Below, piece by piece: positions 20,274 to 28,908 of a DNA stretch of 64,000 nucleotides. The stretch is from assembly GCA_965226495.1 (NCBI GenBank), contig OZ245365.1, positions 5,632,001 to 5,696,000 of the forward strand, written 5' to 3'. The translations under genes were made by a program, and so were the position numbers. This stretch comes from Candidatus Marinacidobacterales bacterium (GTDB taxonomy: Bacteria > Acidobacteriota > Vicinamibacteria > Marinacidobacterales > DATDRI01). Under the pieces are notes generated by a model. It saw only the letters and a list, made by a program, of their open reading frames with translations. It had not been told where the DNA came from and did not search any database. Each line of letters begins with the position of its first letter. The stretch's first letter is position 1.

Positions 20274-21973
20274 CGTCTCAGACCTCCCGCCGCAGGTCCC
20301 CGCTGTACGGCATTTTTGACCACTTCCGCAACCCTCTGTGTTCCGCGTGCGTCGACCAGCTGTCTGCCCGACTCGCTCATCGCCCGACGGCGGGTTTGGT
20401 TCGCGAGGAGTGCCTCGGCGGCCTGGGTGATTCGTTTCTCTTCCACCTCGGTGCCCAAACCCAAGTGCTCGACCGACCCAGCGCGCGAGAAGTGCTCCAT
20501 CCGCCGCACCTCGCGGGCGTTTTGACACATGACGATGCCCGGAACACCCAGAGCCGCGATCTCATAGACCGTCATGCCACCCGCACAAAAAACAAGATCG
20601 GATTGCGACAGAATCTCCGCCATGTGCTCCACGTTCTCGAGCAGAATCGGCTGATAGTGGAGCTTCGGTATGAGCTCGCGGAGCTCCTGCCCGTAACTGA
20701 ACGCTGGACCGAGAACGGCCTTGACGCCGAGCTCGCTCTGAGATTCGTCCAGAGCCCGAAGCACCTTCAAGGTCAGTCCTTGCGGATCGCTCCCACCGAA
20801 ACTGACCACCACTTGACGGGCATCGGCCCGCACCGGTTTGGCGGCTCCGGCAAAAGACTCCCGCAAGATCGCGTACTCCGGACCACTGTAGTAATCCTCG
20901 AGCTCCAACTGATCGACGCGCATCGTAGCAATGATCATGGACGTAATCTCGGCAGGCTTCTCGATGTCCTCGAGGGTATCCACCAAGTTCACCGTTGAAG
21001 CGCCGAGCCTCGCCAGCGCCTCCAGATAATCTCTCTCCAAGAAGGGCCTATCATTGACCACGATGTTCGGGGAGTACTCCTGGATCGCCTCCACGATGGC
21101 ATCGACGCGGCCGTCGGACAAAACGCGCACCGTGTAGCCTGCACCGGAAACTCGTTTCACCCCTTCGGGGTGATCGGCGCTCATCAGGAATAGCACGTCC
21201 GCGGAGGAGATCGAACAAAGTTCGTCGGCAATGGCCAGGCTCCGATAAACGTGCCCCATGCCGATCTTAGTGCCACCGTCGGCGCGAAAGACGATGCGTG
21301 GAAGACGCACGAGTTTTTCCGCAACCCAGAAATCGTAGATGTCATGGATCGTAAAGGAAGACTCCTTGCCCATGAGCACATAGCCGACCCGATCGCCCAG
21401 TCGCTCCGACGAGCCCAAGACTTCTCGACGCATCGCCCAGATGGCTCCGTCTTCGCGAAAGAGTGGCTCCATATCTTCGCGCCGGCCAGCCTTTCCGAAC
21501 GCTTGTTTCAGCTTTCCGTCCACCAGCTGCCACATCAGAGCCTTTTCCTCGCGCAAGGAAACAACCGAGTCCAAATCCTCGCTCACCAGCTTGTCCAAGG
21601 CCTCATCGATCTGCTCGGCGGTCCGGAACGGCGAAGTGGCCTGGAGCATCACCACCAGGTCGTATTTCGCCTTTTGCTCGGTCTCGACGAACTGCACCGC
21701 GTGCGCGATGACGGGCTTGATCAACGGAGCCGTGGCGAGCTCCATGGGGCGGAGAAACGGGGCATCGGCTTCGTACTCACGCGCCACCGATGCCACCTTT
21801 TCATCATCGGTCGAGACGACGACGCGATCGATGTAGCGACTCTTCGCCGCTTCTTGGAGCGTGTGAGCGATCAATGGAATGGGGCCCAGTTTCTTGATGT
21901 TCATGTAGGGGACTTCGTCGTATCCTCCGCGGGCGGGCACGATAGCCACGACGCGCTGCTTTCCCATAGTCAT
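20270..21973 (-). CDS. Fusion of NeuA/PseF-like cytidylyltransferase and PseG/SpsG-like UDP-sugar hydrolase (GT28-like)
   Basis: N: AIVPARGG..NIK, VVSTDD, LQATSPFR; C: FRADGGTKIGMGHVYRS, SFGGSDP, AGGMTVYE. Confidence 0.88.
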   Translation of the reverse strand: MTMGKQRVVAIVPARGGYDEVPYMNIKKLGPIPLIAHTLQEAAKSRYIDRVVVSTDDEKVASVAREYEADAPFLRPMELATAPLIKPVIAHAVQFVETEQKAKYDLVVMLQATSPFRTAEQIDEALDKLVSEDLDSVVSLREEKALMWQLVDGKLKQAFGKAGRREDMEPLFREDGAIWAMRREVLGSSERLGDRVGYVLMGKESSFTIHDIYDFWVAEKLVRLPRIVFRADGGTKIGMGHVYRSLAIADELCSISSADVLFLMSADHPEGVKRVSGAGYTVRVLSDGRVDAIVEAIQEYSPNIVVNDRPFLERDYLEALARLGASTVNLVDTLEDIEKPAEITSMIIATMRVDQLELEDYYSGPEYAILRESFAGAAKPVRADARQVVVSFGGSDPQGLTLKVLRALDESQSELGVKAVLGPAFSYGQELRELIPKLHYQPILLENVEHMAEILSQSDLVFCAGGMTVYEIAALGVPGIVMCQNAREVRRMEHFSRAGSVEHLGLGTEVEEKRITQAAEALLANQTRRRAMSESGRQLVDARGTQRVAEVVKNAVQRGPAAGGLRR

Positions 21974-23023
21974 TTAGAACATCTCCCACTGGAGAACAGT
22001 ATCTTCGGGAATGTCTTCGCGGGCGGTCCGACCCACCACCATCTCCACGAACTTAGGGTAAATGCCGGTTCCCGGCCTCTTGAAAGTCAGCATGTCCCGG
22101 GTAATGCGTTCTCCCTGGGCGATCGTCTTGGCGGAAATGATGCTCCGACGAGCATATTGATAGGCCGCCGATTCCGCCTCTACCGGGCCCTTCTCATAAC
22201 GTCCCAGAGCTTTTTCGATGGCGCGGATGGCATCCATCATCTGGCGTAAATCCTTCGGATCGACCGACAGATGATGGTCCGGACTTCCGGGAAGTGTTTT
22301 GTCCACCGTGTAGTGTTTCTCGACCGCAACCGCCCCCAAGGCAACCGCCGCCTGAGGCACCGCGATGCCGAGGCTGTGATCGGAAAGACCGACCGGGATG
22401 TCCGGAAAGGCGGCCTTCAGATGAAGCATCATGCGAAGGTTGACGTTCTCGTAGTCGCAGGGGTACTGAAGCGTGCATTGGAGCAAGACCAGCTGGTCGT
22501 TTCCGGTCCCGCGCACGACCTCAACCGCTTCTCCTACCTCGGCGATGGTGGCGAGCCCGGTCGACAGCAGGACCGGCTTTGCCTTGCGTGCCACTCGCTC
22601 GATCAGGGGGTGGTCCGTCAGATCCGCCGAAGCGATTTTGTACCCAAGAACGCCGAGGTCGTCCAGCATGTCGACCGATTCGTCGTCGAACGGAGTCGAC
22701 AAGCATAGGATCCCCACCTCCTTTGCATAGCGAAAAAGCTCCCGGTGTTCTTCTTCACCGAAGCTGTCCAACTTGGCGAAAGTGTCGTACTGGGATCCAT
22801 CGGGATCATCCGGCTCTACCCAATACCGGGGCGCCGTCCGCGTCGAGATCTTCCCCGCCTTGTAGCTTTGAAACTTGACGGCGTCGGCGCCCGCCTCTTT
22901 GGCCTCTCGGATGAGCGCCCGACCGAGCTCCAGGTCACCGTTGTGGTTCACTCCTGCTTCGGCGATGACGAAGCAAGGGTGTCCCTCGCCGATCGGTCGA
23001 TCTCCAAAGCGCACTGTCTTCAT
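21974..23023 (-). CDS. N-acetylneuraminate synthase family (NeuB/SpsE/PseI) with SAF domain
   Basis: IAEAGVNHNGD, AVKFQ, STPFD, KIASAD, GLSDHS, VEKHYT, KRPGTGI. Confidence 0.93.
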   Translation of the reverse strand: MKTVRFGDRPIGEGHPCFVIAEAGVNHNGDLELGRALIREAKEAGADAVKFQSYKAGKISTRTAPRYWVEPDDPDGSQYDTFAKLDSFGEEEHRELFRYAKEVGILCLSTPFDDESVDMLDDLGVLGYKIASADLTDHPLIERVARKAKPVLLSTGLATIAEVGEAVEVVRGTGNDQLVLLQCTLQYPCDYENVNLRMMLHLKAAFPDIPVGLSDHSLGIAVPQAAVALGAVAVEKHYTVDKTLPGSPDHHLSVDPKDLRQMMDAIRAIEKALGRYEKGPVEAESAAYQYARRSIISAKTIAQGERITRDMLTFKRPGTGIYPKFVEMVVGRTAREDIPEDTVLQWEMF

Positions 23024-23784
23024 TGTGTCTTGTCTAGCTCCACCGAACGTAGGTTCGAAGCGCCGTGACGCAGGTGGGCGTTGATCGCGGCCAGCCGCGG
23101 CTCCTTATCGAGCAAGCGGATGGCTTCTGCCGTGTCCAGCACCTCACCGGGGCGATACAGTCTATCGAAGATCGCCTCCATTAGCTTGAGGTCCTCTGCC
23201 TCGTCGACGGTGAGCCGGTAGGCGGGTCGGTAGAGCGGCTCCGGAAGCTCGGCCTTGACGACGCGAAACCGCTCCGGGTTCTCCTTAATATAGAGGTTCA
23301 CCAGCTCCGAGCGGTGTCGATCCTCCCCGTCGCGATGGCTCACCGTGAGCGCGCTCCGAGAGATGACCTCGGGGAGAATCCCCATGAGCAATGCGTCGCC
23401 GGGAACGAACGTGTAGTCCGCGTCCTGCTCCTGGTGAAGAGACGCCAAACTCCGCACCAACGATAGATCGGTGAGGGGGTTGTCTCCGGTCACCCGCACC
23501 ACGGCGTCGGCCTGCCAGCGATCGGCCACCTCGACATACCGACCCAAGACGTCCTCTTCGTCACCCGCGAAGACACCGACCCCCACCCTCTCACCCAATT
23601 CCACGAGTACCTGGTTCTCCGGCGATGCAGAAGTTGCCAACACCACCCCGTCCAGCTCTTCGACGGAGAGAAGGCGTTTCAACAAGTGCTCCAGGAGTGG
23701 CCTTCCAGCGAGAGGCGCAATGGCCTTTCCGGGACATCGACTGGAGCGCATGCGAGCGGAAACCACGCAGACGACTTTACTCAA
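23020..23784 (-). CDS. SpsF-like cytidylyltransferase family protein
   Basis: ARMRSSRCPGK, GDEEDVLGRY, VRVTGDNP, RLTVDEAEDL. Confidence 0.88.
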   Translation of the reverse strand: MSKVVCVVSARMRSSRCPGKAIAPLAGRPLLEHLLKRLLSVEELDGVVLATSASPENQVLVELGERVGVGVFAGDEEDVLGRYVEVADRWQADAVVRVTGDNPLTDLSLVRSLASLHQEQDADYTFVPGDALLMGILPEVISRSALTVSHRDGEDRHRSELVNLYIKENPERFRVVKAELPEPLYRPAYRLTVDEAEDLKLMEAIFDRLYRPGEVLDTAEAIRLLDKEPRLAAINAHLRHGASNLRSVELDKTQ

Positions 23785-24799
23785 ACAGCTCCTCCGTCAA
23801 CGGTTCCCAGGCGGGGATGTCTCGGCGCGGCTTTCTTCCAAGAAGGCAGGGCATGTCCGAAGGTGCGACCCCTTTCTCGTTGCGCACCAAAGCCAATTGC
23901 TCGGCCCGCAGAGGCTCCCCTTTTTGGAGAGCTTCCCGCGAGACGACCGCACGGCGCATCAACTGATGGTAGCGGTGAGCGCTTTCACCGAGGGTCATCT
24001 CTTCGTCGCCGTGGGCCGCCTCCGATTGCCGGATCAGATCGACCATCTCGCTGAACGGCTCAGGTTCTAGAGAAGACTCGTAGTCGAACCCCTTCGCTTG
24101 TCTGTCTCTCGTGATGTGTTTCTCCACGAGATCGGCACCGAACGCAACGGCTAGCGCGGGAAGAAGCCTTGCCATGAGCGAGCCTCCATCCACGTGGTCG
24201 AGAAACCCCACCGGGAGACCGAATCTCGTCTTGAGTGTTCGAATGGTGCGCAGGTGTGAGTCTTCGACTCGGGTCGGGAAGTTCTGGACGCCATGGAGAA
24301 GAACGATCTCGCGGTTACCTTCGCGGGTCGTCGCCTCGATCGCAGCTTCGACCGTTTCCAGTCCGCTTCCGCCCGTGGACAACAGCACCGGCTTCCCGGT
24401 GGCCGCAACCGCTCGGATGAACTCGGGATTCTCCATATCTGTCGAATGGATCTTGTAGGCGGATACGCCGCCCCTCTCTCCAATGCTCAGGCTCGGGCGG
24501 TCGAAGATATCCGCGAATACCGGAAGCCCCATCGCGCGAGCTTCGTCGAGAATCCGTCCCCATTCCTGGGGCGCGATTTCGATTTGGCGAAACGTCGGAA
24601 ATCGAGAATCGGTGGGTGCGATGAGCTCCTCCGCGGCGAACAGTTGAAATTTGATGCCGTCGGCTCCTGCCCGCTGCGCGGAACGAGCTAGTTCGAGGGC
24701 CTCCACCGGCTCACCTTGGTGGGCGGAAGCCACTTCGGCGAGGACGAAGCAGTTCGCACCGTCGCCGATCTGGCCTTTAGAAACCTTGATAGAAGACAT
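23777..24799 (-). CDS. Second, divergent NeuB-family synthase
   Basis: LAEVASAHQG, IKFQ, YKIHSTD, VGFLDH, VEKHIT, C-terminal SAF domain. Confidence 0.88.
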   Translation of the reverse strand: MSSIKVSKGQIGDGANCFVLAEVASAHQGEPVEALELARSAQRAGADGIKFQLFAAEELIAPTDSRFPTFRQIEIAPQEWGRILDEARAMGLPVFADIFDRPSLSIGERGGVSAYKIHSTDMENPEFIRAVAATGKPVLLSTGGSGLETVEAAIEATTREGNREIVLLHGVQNFPTRVEDSHLRTIRTLKTRFGLPVGFLDHVDGGSLMARLLPALAVAFGADLVEKHITRDRQAKGFDYESSLEPEPFSEMVDLIRQSEAAHGDEEMTLGESAHRYHQLMRRAVVSREALQKGEPLRAEQLALVRNEKGVAPSDMPCLLGRKPRRDIPAWEPLTEELFE

Positions 24800-24914
24800 C
24801 TAACCTCAACAAACGCAATCCATTATAAGATAGCCCATCCCTCACCATTTAGCTGGACGTAGTGAGATTAAATGACTTCGCACGGCTATTCCAGTGACAG
24901 CATAAGATAAGCCG

Positions 24915-26369
24915 ATGGTTCTGGCTCACCTCAAGACGCTGCTTCGCCACTCCGCCATTTACGGTGCTGCCGACGTCTTCGGTACCCTGGTCAACTTCGT
25001 CCTTCTGCCGATCCTCACCCGCCACCTCACCGCCACCGATTACGGAACGCTCGGCATACTTCTGCTCTTCGGGGTCTCGACCAAGATTCTCTTCCGCATG
25101 GGGCTGGACTCGGGGTTCTTCCGCATCTATTACGAGCAACACAGCGACCGTGACCGACGTGTCTTCACCACCACTATCTTGACAACCGTCAGCCTGATCA
25201 GCCTCAGCCTGTTTGCATTGAGCGTACTTCTGGCAGAGCCCATCAGCCGGCTCTTGTTGGGAAGCGACCAAGGCAAGCTGATCGCACTCGTGGCGACGGA
25301 TACACTCCTCATGGGTTTCGCCTTCGTCCCGATGAATCTGTTTCGCATCGAGGAACGGGCCGGTTATTTCGCCGCGGCGACCCTTTTCCGAAACTCGCTC
25401 AATGCCGGCCTTAAGGTTTTCCTCGTTCTCCGCGGTTGGGGAGTGGAAGGCGTCTTGTGGTCCGACGTCATCTCGTCGTTCCTCTTCGTGCTGGCGCTCG
25501 TTCCAACCTTGCGACGCAATCTCACTCTCGGATACTCGACCGCAATGCTGCGAGAGGCCTTTGGCTTCGGGCTACCAAAAGTGCCTCACGGGCTTGCTTA
25601 CCAGGCTCTCAACCTAGCCGATCGTAAGATTCTCGACTTCTTCACTACCCGTGCCGATGTCGGGCTCTACCACGTCGGCTACATGTTTGGCACCGGAATC
25701 AAGTTCCTGCTTTCCGCTTTCGAGCTGGCCTGGGGTCCCTTCGTTTATTCCCAATTGACTCAGAAGGACGCCCCCCAAACTCTCGCTCGTCTCGCCACCT
25801 ACGTTGCCGTCGTGGTGGGCGGGTTCGGGTTGCTTCTCGCGGTGCTCAGCCGAGAGATCCTTTATTTCATGACGGCTCCCGCCTTCCACGCCGCCTACCC
25901 GGTGATCCCTATCATCGTCCTCGCCTATTCGATCCAGGGGCTCTTCACTCTCACTTCGATCGGTATCGGCATCAGCAAGAAGGCCTACTACTACCCGATC
26001 CTAACTCTCTCCGCGGCGTTCGTGAACATCAGCATGAATTTCTTGCTCGTTCCTCTGTTCGGGATGATGGGAGCGGCGTGGGCCACTGTCGGTGGTTACG
26101 CCATCATGGCTGGACTCGGCTATATCTTCGCTAATCGCCACTACCCGATTCCCTTCGAGTGGAAGCGCATGGGCGTAGTCGGCTTGGCGGCAATTGTTTC
26201 GTTTGCGGCTTCCCGCTTGGCGGGTGAGCCTTCGCTGACTTCCTTCCTACTCAAGGTGGGGGCTTTGGCGATTTATCCCGCGGCACTCTTCGCCTTCGGA
26301 TTCTTCCGGGAAGACGAGATCCAGAAACTCAAGCGATTGATCGGTCGGGCGACTGATCCAGCTGAGTAA
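24915..26369 (+). CDS. Wzx-type oligosaccharide flippase
   Basis: HSAIYG..FVLLPILTRHL..DYG, ADR, VGLY, GAAWAT; many TM segments. Confidence 0.9.
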   Translation: MVLAHLKTLLRHSAIYGAADVFGTLVNFVLLPILTRHLTATDYGTLGILLLFGVSTKILFRMGLDSGFFRIYYEQHSDRDRRVFTTTILTTVSLISLSLFALSVLLAEPISRLLLGSDQGKLIALVATDTLLMGFAFVPMNLFRIEERAGYFAAATLFRNSLNAGLKVFLVLRGWGVEGVLWSDVISSFLFVLALVPTLRRNLTLGYSTAMLREAFGFGLPKVPHGLAYQALNLADRKILDFFTTRADVGLYHVGYMFGTGIKFLLSAFELAWGPFVYSQLTQKDAPQTLARLATYVAVVVGGFGLLLAVLSREILYFMTAPAFHAAYPVIPIIVLAYSIQGLFTLTSIGIGISKKAYYYPILTLSAAFVNISMNFLLVPLFGMMGAAWATVGGYAIMAGLGYIFANRHYPIPFEWKRMGVVGLAAIVSFAASRLAGEPSLTSFLLKVGALAIYPAALFAFGFFREDEIQKLKRLIGRATDPAE

Positions 26370-27582
26370 GAACCGCCTCCATCACCCGATCCACGCTAAT
26401 CCCCGCAATACACTCGGGCGCCTCCGGACGAGAGCACTCGTTCGGGGGTTTTCGAATCATGTTACAGGGCGAACAATAGAGTTCTTTGCGAACCACGGTG
26501 CGGTAATCACTGTGCTCGGGTCGATAGCGGTGGGGATCGGACGGTCCGAATAGTGCGACTCCGCGACTTCCTACTGCATCCGCCAAATGCATCGGCCCGG
26601 TGTCCCCGGTTATGAACAAATCCAGTTTCTCGATGAGCGCAGCAAAGCCCCGCAGACCCACCTCGCCGATCAAACGATGGGGTGCGGTCCGGCACTTAGC
26701 CGCCACTTGTTCTACGAGATCTCGGTCTGCGGGAGCACCGGTCAGAATGACGTTTCCCGAGGTCGACTCAATCAACCCATCGACAAGGGCGGAAAACTTG
26801 TGCATCTCCCATTGCTTGATGGCGCGACCCGCACTCGGGTGAACTCCGATGAGGGGACGACGGACCGCGTCCAGGCCATGTCGGTGTAGCAGCTCGTCGG
26901 CCTGACGCCGGTCATCCGGCAACAAGAAGTTGTAAGGCTCGATCGGTTTGGCGGTGTTCGCTTTAGGAAACAAGACCTCCAGAAGCTCTACGTTCTGCCG
27001 GTACCAGCTCTTCGCTTCGTCCCAAAGACCAAGATGCGTCAGGAGATGGCCACCTCCAGTATCTCCATAGCCGGCGCGAATCGAAGCACCGGTGAGCGCC
27101 ATCAACAAATTGACACGGACATCACCTTGAAAATCAACGACGAGATCGGGTGTCGCGTCATCCCGGACCGGCCGCATCGCGCGCGCCGCCTGTCGCCAAC
27201 TAGCCCTCTTCCCCCAAGCTGCCCAAGGGGCGTCCACAATCCGGACGCGATCCACGAAAGGTAGTCCGCGCGCTATCTCTTCGTTCCAGCTCCCGACGGC
27301 GAGCTCGATCTCAGCATCCGGCGCCAATTGTCGGAGCTCCTTGAGAGCCGGCAAGGTCATCAGCAAGTCGCCGAGCCGATCCAGCCTCAGAGCAAGTATG
27401 TGGCGGAGTGAACCCAGGTCGGGAGACGTCGAACGAGGAGGGGCCAAGCCAGTGAGCGGTGCAGCAAGGCGGAGTACGAGATCGAACCCGGCGAGCGCCC
27501 AGCGCTCGCCCCGATCGTAGACGCGCGGGCCGCCGTACTTAAGTCGACGTGCTGCCAGATCGCGTGACGGACCGAAAGACAT
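26329..27582 (-). CDS. Glycosyltransferase family 9 (heptosyltransferase-like)
   Basis: LRLDRLGDLLMTLP, GVHPSA..KQW, TGDTGPMHLA, LFGPS, CSPC. Confidence 0.9.
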   Translation of the reverse strand: MSFGPSRDLAARRLKYGGPRVYDRGERWALAGFDLVLRLAAPLTGLAPPRSTSPDLGSLRHILALRLDRLGDLLMTLPALKELRQLAPDAEIELAVGSWNEEIARGLPFVDRVRIVDAPWAAWGKRASWRQAARAMRPVRDDATPDLVVDFQGDVRVNLLMALTGASIRAGYGDTGGGHLLTHLGLWDEAKSWYRQNVELLEVLFPKANTAKPIEPYNFLLPDDRRQADELLHRHGLDAVRRPLIGVHPSAGRAIKQWEMHKFSALVDGLIESTSGNVILTGAPADRDLVEQVAAKCRTAPHRLIGEVGLRGFAALIEKLDLFITGDTGPMHLADAVGSRGVALFGPSDPHRYRPEHSDYRTVVRKELYCSPCNMIRKPPNECSRPEAPECIAGISVDRVMEAVLTQLDQSPDRSIA

Positions 27583-28774
27583 ATTCGAACTGTTCTCCCA
27601 CCCGGCCCCAATCGAATACGGACCGTGCTTTTTCCCTAGCTCTTGTTCCGAGCGCGTTTCGTTGCTCCGGCGAGCGCAGAAGATCGAGAATACAATCGGC
27701 CAAAGCCTTCGGATCTCGCTCAGGAACGAGAAGCGCTTCTTTGCCTTCGCTCACCGCCTGGGGAATTCCGGCGACCGCACTGGCTACGATCGGCGAGCCT
27801 GAAGCCATTGCTTCGAGCATCACGTTGGGAAGACCATCCACGTTGCCGGCATCGTCGTGCATCGAAGGGACCGCGGTCACGGTCGCCGCACCGTAGTAGG
27901 CGGGAAGCTCGTTTCGGAGAACGTTTCCCACCAACATCAAGTTCTCACCAACACCCGCCTGAGCCGCTCGTTCCGACAAGCTTTTTTCAAGATCACCACT
28001 TCCGGCGATGACGACCCTCATATCAGAATGTGCCGCAACGAGATACGGTAAGGCGTCGACTAGCACTTCGAAACCCTTCTTGTGAACCAGTCTTCCCACT
28101 GCTAGCACCATGGGCTGGTCGGCGCCAAGACCGAGCCTTTTGCGCAGCTTGACCGAATCTTCGGAAGACCCTAAGAAGTGCTCGGTATCCACGCCGTACG
28201 GAATGGTTTGCGGACGGGACGGCGCGCCCAAACGCTGACTCCTCTCCGCGAGGTCGTCGCTACAGGCCGTCGCTGCCGCGGCGCGGCGAAAAGCGAGTCT
28301 AGCAGCCTGACGAAACAGAAACTTCTTCTCCGAGAGAAAGACATCGGATCCATGGAGGCTTACCACAAGCGGCAGGCCGCCGAGCCACGCCGCAGGCAAC
28401 GCCATCGCACCGTTGGGAACGACCCAATGAGCGTGTACCAGATCATAGCCACCGCGTCGAACTTCGAACATCATTTTTGTCGCGCCTGATGCCAGGGCTA
28501 GAGGTGAAACGAGGTACGTGGAACGCCGCACCGCCACGTCCGCTCGCAGCGCTTCCGCGTAGCCAAATACCTCGAGGCTCTCGGTCGGCGCGTATTGGTA
28601 GGCCTCGAAGGACACTCCTGGCGCTGGCGCGGGATTCAGATCCGCTCGGTAGGGCAACACCACCGTCAGCTCATGCCCCCTCGCGGCCAAGGCGTGGGTA
28701 ATCGACTCGATGAATGGTGCGGTCGTGTCTCCCGGGTACTTGGGATACGAAGAGGTCAGGACGAGAATCTTCAC
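27539..28774 (-). CDS. Glycosyltransferase family 4
   Basis: LTSSYP, HAHWVVP, SLHGSD, VGRLVHKKG, DGLPNVMLEAMASG. Confidence 0.92.
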   Translation of the reverse strand: MKILVLTSSYPKYPGDTTAPFIESITHALAARGHELTVVLPYRADLNPAPAPGVSFEAYQYAPTESLEVFGYAEALRADVAVRRSTYLVSPLALASGATKMMFEVRRGGYDLVHAHWVVPNGAMALPAAWLGGLPLVVSLHGSDVFLSEKKFLFRQAARLAFRRAAAATACSDDLAERSQRLGAPSRPQTIPYGVDTEHFLGSSEDSVKLRKRLGLGADQPMVLAVGRLVHKKGFEVLVDALPYLVAAHSDMRVVIAGSGDLEKSLSERAAQAGVGENLMLVGNVLRNELPAYYGAATVTAVPSMHDDAGNVDGLPNVMLEAMASGSPIVASAVAGIPQAVSEGKEALLVPERDPKALADCILDLLRSPEQRNALGTRAREKARSVFDWGRVGEQFEYVFRSVTRSGSTST

Positions 28775-28807
28775 CGCAAGGCTTCGTGAACGGCCGTAAT
28801 TATATCA

Positions 28808-28872
28808 TTTGTCATCCTTTGTCAGCGATTCGTGGTCCCTCGGTTGGTTGCTCCTGAATCGCATGCTATGAT
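28808..28872 (+). promoter_or_regulatory. Heptad direct repeat TTTGTCA-N3-TTTGTCA and an extended -10 (TGcTATGAT) upstream of the clpC-like gene
   Basis: tttgtca tcc tttgtca at 28808-28824; tgctatgat at 28864-28872. Confidence 0.4.
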
Positions 28873-28908
28873 CTGGGTCGGAGTTTTCACAGGAGAACGC
28901 GCTAAAAG

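Noticed and set aside
20274-20528. 85-aa N-terminal extension on the epimerase (similar extensions on dnaN, DegT and the TPR lipoprotein)
   Set aside because: Artefacts of longest-ORF calling that overlap upstream genes or oriC; better starts lie downstream
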